Positions 19,644 to 29,867 of a stretch of DNA of 64,000 nt are shown here, one piece after another (positions within the stretch are counted from its first letter, which is position 1; each line of letters begins with the position of its first letter). This stretch comes from Candidatus Poribacteria bacterium (lineage in GTDB: Bacteria; Poribacteria; WGA-4E; WGA-3G). The stretch lies in NCBI GenBank assembly GCA_012270795.1, contig JAAXHO010000056.1, positions 18,486 through 82,485 of the forward strand, given 5' to 3'. The translations under genes and the position numbers were made by a program. The notes beneath the pieces were generated by a model. The model searched no databases and had not been told where the DNA came from. It saw only the letters and a program-made list of their open reading frames with translations.

Positions 19644-19933
19644 CAGAGGCATTCAAGTGTCACAATGCGTCATTGTTGGAGGGGTTTCTAACCCCGATTT
19701 GTCAAGCTCGGGTGGGGTTGATATAGGTATCTTTTCCGTACGCATTCCGTGCCTTCCGCGATTCTGTCTGAACCAGGATTTACAGGATTACCAGATTTCC
19801 AGGATTTTTCTCATCAAATCTTATTCCAAAAGAGAACATAAACGCGCATCAAAAGCCCTTGATGAGGTAAATCCTGGTAATCTGGTAATCCTGCAAATCC
19901 TGGTTCAGACAAAAGCAAAAACTTTACACACCC
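19644..19933. mobile_element. Second copy of the A-arm/REP/B-MITE composite
   Basis: Direct repeat of 17724-18003, ending AAAAGCAAAAACTTTACACACCC. Confidence 0.75.
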
Positions 19934-20361
19934 AAACTTCAGAGGAGTTCAATTGTCACGTATAGAAACCCAATAGATTATACCTGATATCCATTGTTCT
20001 CAAAACAGAAAACACAACAAACCCACATCACCATAAGGTATAATATAACCCATACATCTAAATAAAATCTAAACAAAGATCACCAAAATGACAGACAGAT
20101 AAATCAGAGAACACAAGCAGCTGAAAAGCCCAAAACTAAAACAAAATTACACTACAAAAAAACGAGAAAAACCCCATTTAGTTGTTTTTTTTCAAATTTC
20201 GCAAATTTATAAAACCTTCATAAAACAATACCACGACAAGATCGAAAGCACTTTTGCAAAAATTACAAAAAACGCAAAAAAAAAACAACTAAAAAAATTT
20301 CACGATCAGGACAAGGTTCACAACTATGGTAGATTATGAAATTAATTACACACTTTCACAG

Positions 20362-20386
20362 GTAGGAGCGACCTCTGGTCGCGACC
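20362..20386 (+). repeat. REP family C hairpin
   Basis: GTAGGAGCGACCTCTGGTCGCGACC. Confidence 0.7.
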
Positions 20387-20516
20387 GGGAGGGCACTCTT
20401 ACCGAATGAAAGAATAGAATACGGACATGACAACCAATATGGTAAATTGTAAAAATGTAAACTTATTTGCAAACTTCATCATAGTTAGGGAATATTCTTT
20501 GCAATAAAGGTTAATA

Positions 20517-20737
20517 TAGGTATCTTTTCCGTGTTTTCCGCGTCCTCCGTGCCTTCCGCGATTCTGTCTGAACCAGGATTTCCAGGATTACCAGATTTTC
20601 AGGATAAGATATTGGTGCATTATGATGCTATTCAAAGTTGACATAAATCTGCGTCACAAATCCTTGATGAGATAATCCTGAAAATCAGTAAATCCTGGAA
20701 ATCCTGGTTCAGACAAAAGCAAAAACTTTACACACCC
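20517..20737. mobile_element. Family B MITE with the same left linker
   Basis: TIRs at 20565 and 20715; linker nearly identical to 17811-17857. Confidence 0.75.
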
Positions 20738-20837
20738 TAAAACAACTTTGCTTTGACATTTATTGTATGATATACTATGAGTCGTCAAGTTCAGAGAACA
20801 GTTTCAACATATATTCATGCTGACAGAACCACAAACA

Positions 20838-23441
20838 ATGAAAATATCTTTTATCGCCATTCTCCTATTATTTACAACATTTCTATCTGTAGGACATGCA
20901 ATACCGCCAGACAAAGAACTCCAACACGCGATTGAAACGGCACGTAGGTTTACCCAACTCAAACCGAGGTATACCCCAAACGAAATAACCGAATGTGCAA
21001 CCGACAGCTTTGTCACAATCGCAAAGAATTGGCGAAACCTACCCACAACCTATCGCAATGAATTGAAGCCGATTTTCCTACGTCCTGGTCTACCCGGTAG
21101 TTTCTTCGGGGATACCCAGTTATCAGAACACTTCAACACCCCGCACTTCAAGCTGCACTACACGCGCGTCGGTCCACAAGCACCACCACTTGAGGATTTT
21201 CACCCACGCAATGGGGTCCCCGATTATGTTGATCTCTGTGCGGATGCAATGGAACGCGCTTATCACGTCCAAATTGACCTGATGGGTTTCAAAAAACCAT
21301 ACACAGATTTCTGGGCAGCACAGAACGGGGGTGACCATAAAATGGATGTCTACCTGTTCACATTTCCCGCACTCGGTATCACCACCGCAGATTGGTTTGA
21401 GGGACGCGTGTTGTCTACCGCGTTAACCATTGCCCCCTATTTCATGATCAATTCCCGTATTTACGATTACGTAGGAAAAGCAGAAGGGAAACGTTACCTT
21501 GAAACAACCTGCGCGCATGAATTCCTGCACGGCATTCAGTTCGCATATAACGCCTACATGCCGACATGGTTCATGGAAGCATCCGCAACTTGGATAGAAG
21601 TCATGACCTACGATGGCGGCGTAATTGACGATGGAGACACGATCCCTGACCCTGACGAACCTAACGAAACTAATTCCTACAACTATTACATACATCAACT
21701 TCGCCGCTGGTTTCTTATTCCAGATATTTCACTGGAAAGTCGTATCGGTGATCACGAATACGGTTCGGTGATATGGGCACTCTATATGGCACAACGGTTC
21801 GGATACGATACTATTCGGCAGTTTTACACAAACACAACTGATGGCAGCTTCAGAGAGTTTGGTAACTTCTACGATGTATTCATAGACAATGGGACAACAC
21901 TTGCTGAAGCATTCAAAACTTTCACTGTATGGAACTATTTCACACATACCCGCGCCAATACAACAACCGAAATCAAGGGGTACGTCAATGCAGAGAGATT
22001 TCCACCCGTTGCTATTCATCCAAATGATGTTCACACAACCTATCCTATCAGTATAGATTTCAACTCCGAATCAATGCCAGAACACTTTGCTTGTAGGTAC
22101 ATAGTCTTCCGTCCCACTGGAATTATGCCGGAATTTGCTATCAAAATTGATGGTGCAGACCTCGGCCCCATAGATATGAGTCTGTTGACAAATGAAGATC
22201 GCGGAAATATTGAGAGAGAATTGACACGTCTCGCCAATACCGGTTTGCGGGGATGGGCTGCAAAATTCATCGTCAAGAAACGGAACGGTCTCACAGAAAT
22301 CAGGGAAGCATTCACCTATCACCGTTCGCAAGAAGCACAGATAACCTTCACAGATTTTGGCGGAATCATAGAGGAGATAATCCTCATCCTTATCAATATG
22401 CATCCCGATGTCGAGCAAGTTATTATTCCCGGTGGCACTTTTGGTGGTTCTGTCAGTTATACGGCTGGTGCACCGCCATCAGGCACACTCGCAGATGTGC
22501 AAGTATCACAAGGCAGTAGAGGTCCAATCATCAAATGGACTATGGACGACCCAACCGACATTCAGGAAGTTGCAATCGTGCGAAAACGTTACATAGCAGA
22601 AAATGAAACGGATATGCCTGAACCTTTTCAAACTGCTGATGAAGTCCGGGCCGCAGTGGATCGCAACGGAGATGGCATCCCCGAAGACGATATAACTATT
22701 GTCGGACGTGTTAACGTGACGCAAACTCAGTTTGAAGATACCACCGTTTTCCAAGATGTAGATCTGGATTTTGACGATCCAAATAACGTCCATTATTACT
22801 ATGCAGTTGTCCCCGTTAACGCCATAGGCATTATGGGTACTCCAAATATCGTACCAGATAGTATTTCACCAACTCTGACCACAGCCAACGGTGCACCGTC
22901 CTTTTTTATCACAACCCAACCGCATCGTATAGGTGAGTGGAACGTTGAAGTTCAAAGCACACATTCACTGCAGAGTGCACCACAACTCACAGTAGAAAGT
23001 CCTAAAAAAGACAGTTATACCATCATATTGACACAAGAGACCGCAACAAAATGGCGTGGTACCCTCCGAACAAACGGATTCCCACCAACTGGGACCTATC
23101 TCTATAAGATTAGTGGGATGACCCCTTCTGGCATTGCAGGTAATAAGATTTGGCAAGGACGCACCTTCAACTATGTGGCAAATAGCACACATCGAAAAGT
23201 ATTGGTTGCCCCCAATCCGATCCGTGCAGCACAAACGAACCAACACCTAACCTTCTACCCAAATGGCCTAACCGTTGAAATATATGATATAGCAGGGAAC
23301 AAAATCAAGGTAATTGATAACGCATCAGAATGGGATTGCACAAATCAACAAGGTGGAAAAGTCTGCGCTGGTTTGTATTTCTTCCGTGCTACCGATGGAA
23401 ACGGCTATCAAAGTACCGGTAAATTCTCTGTGGTGAAATAA
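20838..23441 (+). CDS. Secreted HEXXH metalloprotease (MXAN_6640-like) with a T9SS/FlgD-like C-terminal domain
   Basis: Signal peptide, CAHEFLHGIQ, WFMEASA, C-terminal APNP...VEIYDIAG..IK...W...GLYFFR. Confidence 0.8.
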   Translation: MKISFIAILLLFTTFLSVGHAIPPDKELQHAIETARRFTQLKPRYTPNEITECATDSFVTIAKNWRNLPTTYRNELKPIFLRPGLPGSFFGDTQLSEHFNTPHFKLHYTRVGPQAPPLEDFHPRNGVPDYVDLCADAMERAYHVQIDLMGFKKPYTDFWAAQNGGDHKMDVYLFTFPALGITTADWFEGRVLSTALTIAPYFMINSRIYDYVGKAEGKRYLETTCAHEFLHGIQFAYNAYMPTWFMEASATWIEVMTYDGGVIDDGDTIPDPDEPNETNSYNYYIHQLRRWFLIPDISLESRIGDHEYGSVIWALYMAQRFGYDTIRQFYTNTTDGSFREFGNFYDVFIDNGTTLAEAFKTFTVWNYFTHTRANTTTEIKGYVNAERFPPVAIHPNDVHTTYPISIDFNSESMPEHFACRYIVFRPTGIMPEFAIKIDGADLGPIDMSLLTNEDRGNIERELTRLANTGLRGWAAKFIVKKRNGLTEIREAFTYHRSQEAQITFTDFGGIIEEIILILINMHPDVEQVIIPGGTFGGSVSYTAGAPPSGTLADVQVSQGSRGPIIKWTMDDPTDIQEVAIVRKRYIAENETDMPEPFQTADEVRAAVDRNGDGIPEDDITIVGRVNVTQTQFEDTTVFQDVDLDFDDPNNVHYYYAVVPVNAIGIMGTPNIVPDSISPTLTTANGAPSFFITTQPHRIGEWNVEVQSTHSLQSAPQLTVESPKKDSYTIILTQETATKWRGTLRTNGFPPTGTYLYKISGMTPSGIAGNKIWQGRTFNYVANSTHRKVLVAPNPIRAAQTNQHLTFYPNGLTVEIYDIAGNKIKVIDNASEWDCTNQQGGKVCAGLYFFRATDGNGYQSTGKFSVVK

Positions 23442-24331
23442 TGAAAAATTGTCAGTTGTCAGTTATCAGTTGTCAGTTAAAGAAGAGTCTGATGTATATC
23501 AGGCATCTTTTACTGAAAACCAAAAACCAAACACCGAAAATCATCATATTCCTCTTACTATTTCTTGTGAGTTGCGGAGATGAAGGATTGATTGATCCGC
23601 ACGGTGAAACCACACTGCCATCTCCAGACACAACGGGAACGTTACAAGCAATTGATTTTCCGACAGATACAGGATCCGCATGGACATACATCAACATTGA
23701 CACGAACGAGGAATTCACACTTCGTGTGGGTGGCACCCGTGACATCAGCGGAACAACACACCGTCAAATGACCATTAGTGAAATAGCTCCCATAGATCCA
23801 GAAGAACTTAACCTTGATACAGTTGACCATTTGGCAGCGAATGCGTATTACTTCCGATTAGACACCGACTTTTATGATGGATTTGCATTTCCGATTTTGG
23901 CGACATACTTTAACAAAACCCCACAGGCACTGGTAGAATCCGCTTTTGATGTGTTTCTTCCAGTCCAAAATCCGGTGTTTCATCAAAAACATTTTCCACC
24001 ACGCCGGTTGTGGGATTTTCCATTAGAGGTCGGCAAAGAGTGGGTCGTTTTTGACAAAACTGCTGGAACACCAGCGACTGCCACCCGCTATGTCGCAGAA
24101 AAAGATGTTGAAATTACCGTACCAGCAGGGACTTACAGCACTTACGTTGTCTACGAAGAGATTATCTATGGTGACAGGGCGGACTCATCAATTCGCTTGA
24201 TTAGTCCGCTTGCTGTTTACTGGGTTGCACCATCGGTCGGTGTCGTCCAGTATAGATTCAGTCGCTACCGGGCTACAGATACATTTCAGACACAAACCTT
24301 TGCCCTAAAAAATGTTTATCTACCTGAATAG
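23441..24331 (+). CDS. Lipoprotein of unknown function
   Basis: Lipobox FLVSC, ITVPAGTY..W.APSVG motif; start overlaps the upstream stop. Confidence 0.75.
   Translation: MKNCQLSVISCQLKKSLMYIRHLLLKTKNQTPKIIIFLLLFLVSCGDEGLIDPHGETTLPSPDTTGTLQAIDFPTDTGSAWTYINIDTNEEFTLRVGGTRDISGTTHRQMTISEIAPIDPEELNLDTVDHLAANAYYFRLDTDFYDGFAFPILATYFNKTPQALVESAFDVFLPVQNPVFHQKHFPPRRLWDFPLEVGKEWVVFDKTAGTPATATRYVAEKDVEITVPAGTYSTYVVYEEIIYGDRADSSIRLISPLAVYWVAPSVGVVQYRFSRYRATDTFQTQTFALKNVYLPE
23449..23542. repeat. Heptamer (GTCAGTT)n inverted-arm element inside a coding 5' end
   Basis: GTCAGTT GTCAGTT ATCAGTT GTCAGTT AA with a degenerate right arm; relatives at 24330-24413 and 24603-24636. Confidence 0.65.
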
Positions 24332-24458
24332 TTGTCAATCTTCAGTTGTCAGTTTTCAGTTACAAGAGATTTCAGATTTAATCACGCGCCGCTTACTGAT
24401 AACTGATGGCTATTATAGTAAAATCTATAATTATCTATACATTTTGTATCTGTCTGAT

Positions 24459-24490
24459 CTCCCCTTGCTTGCGGGGGGATAAAGGGGGGT
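24459..24490 (-). repeat. GC-rich palindromic repeat
   Basis: Reverse complement ACCCCCCTTTATCCCCCCGCAAGCAAGGGGA is nearly identical to 57669-57700. Confidence 0.65.
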
Positions 24491-24652
24491 AATCTTTCAT
24501 GTGTAAACTTAATTGTGGATTCTACTATAAGAAGTGTTTTACAACAATCTACCCAAATTTGATGTTTTTCAAGGAGCAATGAATTGCTACAGAGTTCCAC
24601 TTTAACTGACAACCGACAACCGACAACTGACAACTATTTGGCACATCGGAAC

Positions 24653-25885
24653 ATGCCCATTATTATCATTGGTGGTGGCATTCACGGCATCTCCATTGCC
24701 ATGCGACTGCTACGCGACAAGCCTAACGCAGCACAACATATCGCCATCGTAGACCGGCATCCGAAACCCCTCACCGAATGGCGACACAAAACAGTACGGC
24801 AAGGCATGACGTTTCTCCGATCACCAGCAGTGCATCATATCACCCCTGACGCATTAGGTATCGTTGACTATGCAAAAGAACACAACCGATCAGATGAGTT
24901 AGCACCACCATATTCGCAACCCTCTACCGCACTCTTTTGGGACTATTGCAACGATGCTCTTGCTGTATCAGGATTACAAATCCCTCCTATGGGTCATAAC
25001 ATCTATTATCAGTTTGAGGTGGCTAAATTGCGATGGGACAAAGGTTCAGGTAAATATCCGTTCCGACTGATTTCAACGAATAATGAAGGGTTCCGCAGCC
25101 GTTGCGTTATCCTCGCTATCGGTTCTGATGATTGTGCTTACATGCCACCTGAATTTACTGACTGGCAAAGACGTTACCCTGACAAGATTGTCCACGCCTC
25201 CCAATTTTCGGTGAATACTACGCAAAATATAGGTGATGGTGAAAAGATTGTAATTGTGGGAGGCGGATTAACAGCAGGCACACTTGCTAAAAGTCTCAGT
25301 GAACAAGGACATCACGTGGTACTTATTGCACGGAAGCAGTTGAAGACAGAGCAGTTCGATTTTCCGCCAATCTGGTTAGGTCCAAAAACTCTCGGTGAAT
25401 TTGCAAGTGAGACCGACTTTCAACGACGATACCAAATAATCCAAGAGAATAGAGGAGAAGGCAGTATCACACCAGATGTGATGGAAACACTGAAACCTTC
25501 TAATAATGTCAAGATCTATTCTGAAACCTATATACGCGATATCGTCTGCACACGCGGTCTACAAGTGACGACAACACGCGGTATTATTTCAGATGTGTCT
25601 CGTATTATTCTTGCAACAGGATATAGATTTAACCTGCGCCGTTACGGTTTTTTAAGGGAACTATTTCAGCAGTACCCGATCCCACTTGTCTGTGGTCTTC
25701 CAAAACTTGATGCTAACCTGCAATTCTACCCGATTGAGAATTTGTTTGGATCAGGGACTGTTGCACAGCTTCAGATTGGTCCTGCCGCGGGTAACATTGC
25801 GGGTGCAAACCTCGCTTATCAACGTTTCCGGGAAAAACTCATCGCCCACCTCCCGCATACCATACACCCTTATGTTGACATATAA
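24653..25885 (+). CDS. FAD/NAD(P)-binding oxidoreductase
   Basis: IIIGGGIHG, FLRSP, VILAIG, IVIVGGGLTA, ILATGY. Confidence 0.85.
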   Translation: MPIIIIGGGIHGISIAMRLLRDKPNAAQHIAIVDRHPKPLTEWRHKTVRQGMTFLRSPAVHHITPDALGIVDYAKEHNRSDELAPPYSQPSTALFWDYCNDALAVSGLQIPPMGHNIYYQFEVAKLRWDKGSGKYPFRLISTNNEGFRSRCVILAIGSDDCAYMPPEFTDWQRRYPDKIVHASQFSVNTTQNIGDGEKIVIVGGGLTAGTLAKSLSEQGHHVVLIARKQLKTEQFDFPPIWLGPKTLGEFASETDFQRRYQIIQENRGEGSITPDVMETLKPSNNVKIYSETYIRDIVCTRGLQVTTTRGIISDVSRIILATGYRFNLRRYGFLRELFQQYPIPLVCGLPKLDANLQFYPIENLFGSGTVAQLQIGPAAGNIAGANLAYQRFREKLIAHLPHTIHPYVDI

Positions 25886-25908
25886 AGGTTTTGCAAGCTC
25901 AATTCAAC

Positions 25909-27423
25909 TTATAAACGCAATAGCGTCAACTGCTTATCTGTAAAGTGCCGTTCCATCTTTCGCATCGGCTCAAGCCACTGCTGCGGTAGACGGATAAGAC
26001 TCCGCAAACTGCTCGGATTTTCAAAATAGGTATCATCTATCTGCCAAAATTGCAAGTGCGGAAATGTCTCGTTGTTATGGTAAAACGTTCCCATGTCCGC
26101 TGCCTCTTGACGCATGCCTGCACTTACAGGCTCTATTGTGATAAATATACCGATTGCATCGTTTTTATCCATCACACGGCAAAATGCCCGGACTTGTGCA
26201 ATTGTGGGCTTACCGCTTTTCACTTCTGCAAGGATACGCGTATCTGTTGTTTCTGCTGTTTCTGCGTCCCACAATGTGATATGCCCGACATGTGCCTCGC
26301 CATCCTTACCACCGTCACCAGTTGATCGTGTCGGTTGAAGTCCAAGCCGTGTAACTGCCCAGTTAGAGAAATCGTGATATTTCCTCTCGTCACGAACAAG
26401 CATGCGAACTTCCTGCATGTTTGTCGGGTAGCCGTGGATTTCGTAGTCTCTTGAAGGTTCTAACCCGTGCCTGTCAGCAAGACGGCGGCGCATCGGATCA
26501 AGCGAAAGAATTGTGAGGTCAATGCCTATCCAGAACCGATTGAGCGTGTGCGCTGCGTCTATTGTCGTGCCACAACCTGCAAACGGATCCATCACAAGTT
26601 CGTTTTCGTTGCTGGAAGCTTTTATCATGCGTTCATAAAGGGCGCGCGGTTTTTGTGTCGGATAGCCGAGGCGTTCTTTGGAAGATGGCATAACAGGTTG
26701 CATCACCCACCAATCTTCTGGGTGTTTTCCTTTCTCGTTCATATTGTAGTTATCATAGACTTTATCTCCTCTGAACGCCCTCGCCTTATATTTTAGTCTT
26801 TCTTGGCTTTCTTCTGAATAAGGCTGTCTAATGTCATCAACATTAAAAGTTATATTATTCGTTTTCGTATATCTAAATATTATATCGTGTTTTCTTGAAA
26901 AATCTTTTTTGGGAACGCCGCCACCTCTATAGCACCACACAATCTCATTCCTAAAAAATTCATTTTTGCTATGATTATTCTGATCCCAAATCGCGTCCAT
27001 CACACCTTTGAGATAGTGACTTGCTGTCGGGTCGCAGTGTAGATAAATGCTTCCTGTGTCTTTGAGAATGCGGTACATCTCCGCCAGCCGCGGTCCCATA
27101 AATGCCAAATATGCACGCATTGCACCTTTGTTGCCAGATACAGCGTTTTGTAGCACAAGGTCATAACCTTTCAGGCAGGTATCCAATGCTTTGTAAGTGT
27201 CGCTGGTGCGGGCGCGTCTTTCTATGTCGGCGCGGGAATCTTTTGCGGGGTCGTCCCATGTCCATGTATCTGTGAACGCTTTGGATTGTGCCAGCGAGTC
27301 GGTGAGAAACGCGTTGTAGTCGCGTCCGCTGTTAAAGGATGGATCGGTGCATATTAGGTCAACGCGTTTCTCGTCCATTTCCCGCATCACTTCAAGGTTG
27401 TCGCCAAAGTATAGTTTATTCAT
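25909..27423 (-). CDS. N6/N4 DNA methyltransferase fused to an Mrr-like PD-(D/E)XK nuclease domain
   Basis: LYFGDNL, DLICTDPSFN (motif IV variant), YPTQKP, DPFAGCGTT; C-terminal GDGGKDG...AEVKSG. Confidence 0.88.
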   Translation of the reverse strand: MNKLYFGDNLEVMREMDEKRVDLICTDPSFNSGRDYNAFLTDSLAQSKAFTDTWTWDDPAKDSRADIERRARTSDTYKALDTCLKGYDLVLQNAVSGNKGAMRAYLAFMGPRLAEMYRILKDTGSIYLHCDPTASHYLKGVMDAIWDQNNHSKNEFFRNEIVWCYRGGGVPKKDFSRKHDIIFRYTKTNNITFNVDDIRQPYSEESQERLKYKARAFRGDKVYDNYNMNEKGKHPEDWWVMQPVMPSSKERLGYPTQKPRALYERMIKASSNENELVMDPFAGCGTTIDAAHTLNRFWIGIDLTILSLDPMRRRLADRHGLEPSRDYEIHGYPTNMQEVRMLVRDERKYHDFSNWAVTRLGLQPTRSTGDGGKDGEAHVGHITLWDAETAETTDTRILAEVKSGKPTIAQVRAFCRVMDKNDAIGIFITIEPVSAGMRQEAADMGTFYHNNETFPHLQFWQIDDTYFENPSSLRSLIRLPQQWLEPMRKMERHFTDKQLTLLRL

Positions 27424-28602
27424 TTGAGTTTAATTTGAGGCTAAGAAGTTCGTATTTTGGATTAGTGAGTTCATTTGTGGCTTCGCTTCGTTCGGTGATT
27501 TCATGAATTTCAGCGGTGTATTTTAGATTTAGTGTTATGTTTTCCACAGTTTCAAAGACTTCGTCTGCTATGTCTCCGGTATAAGTTTTTTCTGAAGTTT
27601 TTATTTCAAATCTATTGGTTCTAAGATGGGCAGCAATTAGAATGCCGGTAATAGTAAATCTTGACGGTGCTTCTTCCTGAAATTGTTCAAGAATTTCAAT
27701 TACTTCTTGCATTTGAGAGTTGGATAGATATGCCGTTCCACCTCGGTCTGGATTTGGTGATTTCCATGTGAATTTGGTATCTATTACCGATTCGCGTAGT
27801 GATTTGATAAGCTCAGCGTAGTTCTTGGCTACCCTTAGTCTTAAATTGCCTAAGAGTTTCTTGAGTTTGTCTTGGTTGGTTTCAGCATTGAGGAGTTCAA
27901 AAAATTTTTCAATCGCGTCACCACATTCATAATTATCAAAAAGGTGTAGTTGAGTAATTTCTGGAGAGACAAGATGAATATTGAATGAACCAGGATGAAC
28001 ATGCAGAAGGGAAAATTGCATGTTGTTCCTGATTTCCTCAGTGCCCCGTTCTGAGTTGCTACAGATCATTCCTATAGTGTTAATTACATTTTGTAATTTT
28101 CCAAAAATAATGCTTAAGAATGATATAGGTGCTTGTGTTTTAGGACCTTCAGAAAGATTGAAAGTTAGATTCAGTCTTTCTTGCTTGGTGGATTTTACTA
28201 TTTCTTCTACATTGCTTACCACTGGAGTGTTTCGATTTCAATATCAAGACATTCACCGGGTAGTGGCAGCATATCCTCAGGTATCCGATCCGATTGGACA
28301 GAATCTGTTTGGATAGGAGCATCTTCCTTGTATGGAACCCGGACTTGAATTGCATATCGATTTTCAGAGTCAGCGAATGCATCGTGAAGATCAATTTTGC
28401 CGTATCGAATAAGGTTTAGTCTTTCAGTGGAAACAGCAACGCATAGCCAAGTTAAAAACTGGTCATCTTCAGCCGCAGCTACAACGAGGTAATGATGGCC
28501 TGAAGCATTTTTACAAGAGTATAGTACAGGTTGATCGTAGTATTCGTAGATTTCTACAATCTCAAGTTCCCCTAACTCTGGAATATTGAGTATATTAACC
28601 AT
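27416..28602 (-). CDS. DUF6575-like protein, about 395 aa once a 1-nt frameshift near 28225 is repaired
   Basis: LEIVEIYEYYDQPVLYSCKN N-terminal domain; junction ACA CTC C[C]A GTG GTA AGC would read TLPVVSNVEE. Confidence 0.65.
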
Positions 28603-28635
28603 CTTATTTATCTTCCCAGAATTACTATCTTCTTT

Positions 28636-29046
28636 TTATTCACTTATTACCCTAAAAACAAGCCAAGGTTCTGCTCCAATGGGTATCCACCATGTATGAT
28701 GAGATTTTTCATAAGATGGTGTATGTTGGATAAAACCAAGCGTTGAATTGAGTTCGCCTTTAGCTGTTTTCCTATTTCTTAAGTGCCCTATTCTATTCTT
28801 GAGTCGTTCAAAAAGTCTGGGAATATCCTTTGGGTCAGTATAAACTGAGGCTCCACAGATTCTAATATTTGGTTCAGGATATCTACCCGGGAATTCTTCC
28901 CAAGTAGATAAGAAATCTTCGGCTTGTGGTGGATCATTTCGCACAAGCCGATAAACTGTCCCTGAAGCAGGTTCAGATTCTTCAGGTGGACAGTTTTCTG
29001 GGTAATAGTCTGGCCACTGCAACTCGGTAGTCCTTTCATCCAGCAT
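28636..29046 (-). CDS. Small protein with ADP-ribosyltransferase-fold-like motifs
   Basis: PENCPP, VYRLV, GASVYT, HHTWW. Confidence 0.6.
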   Translation of the reverse strand: MLDERTTELQWPDYYPENCPPEESEPASGTVYRLVRNDPPQAEDFLSTWEEFPGRYPEPNIRICGASVYTDPKDIPRLFERLKNRIGHLRNRKTAKGELNSTLGFIQHTPSYEKSHHTWWIPIGAEPWLVFRVISE

Positions 29047-29797
29047 GCTATTGATTACCGAGTGCTACATTTTACGTTTTTACACTACGACATATTATAA
29101 CATACGTTTAAATAAATTTCAAAAAATTTGATCGATATTCGGAAGTGTGTTAATTTTATAAGTTGATTATAGAATACGTTATTTTTAAAATAATGTCAAT
29201 TTTTTCTATCAATAGTCAAAAAATACTGTTGTGTAGAGGTGTTATCAGTCCCATAAATTTACGTTTTCTTGTAGGAAATGTTGTCAATTCTCCCCGCAAA
29301 GACTGTTGATTTTGCGTTTTTTCTTGGACGATTAACCCTTAAAACGTTACCAAATAGACACTTTTTTCGTTTTTTTGGTAACATTTATAATGTGATGTAA
29401 ACCCAGTAGTAGAAAGTGTTAACAGGTAATTTCTTGTAAATTGAAAAAATATTTTTTTGGAAAGTGTAACATTTTAAAATTTGTTGTCCTTTTATATTAT
29501 AAGCAGAATGTGTCAGTTTTATAGATGTAGACATAATATTTTATCATAAGTTTAATGTGTGAAGCATATTATAACACATATAATAATGTGTGTCAAGTAT
29601 TTTTAACGTTTGTTGCGGTTAATTTTGCTTTTTATAGTATTGTTTATATTATATCGCGTCATGCATGTCAGTTTCCAAATTGTCTTTGGTGTGGAACAAT
29701 AGATATCCAATAAATATCCAATAGATTTACGTTAATGCTTCATAATGTATTTGAAAACTGGACAATTAAATGCCTTTGGACGAAAATGCATGCCCTA

Positions 29798-29826
29798 TTG
29801 ACATTTTTTAGGAGTTGCATTATATT
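29798..29826 (+). promoter_or_regulatory. Sigma-70 promoter
   Basis: TTGACA-17 bp-TATATT ahead of the AAGGA RBS and ATG at 29868. Confidence 0.6.
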
Positions 29827-29867
29827 ATTAATGATTTATACTCTATTTTTAGAAAGGATTTACAGAA

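Noticed and set aside
17698-19965. ORFs 17698-17919, 18166-18441 and 19618-19965
   Set aside because: They are translations of MITE/REP sequence or antisense to the TPR gene.
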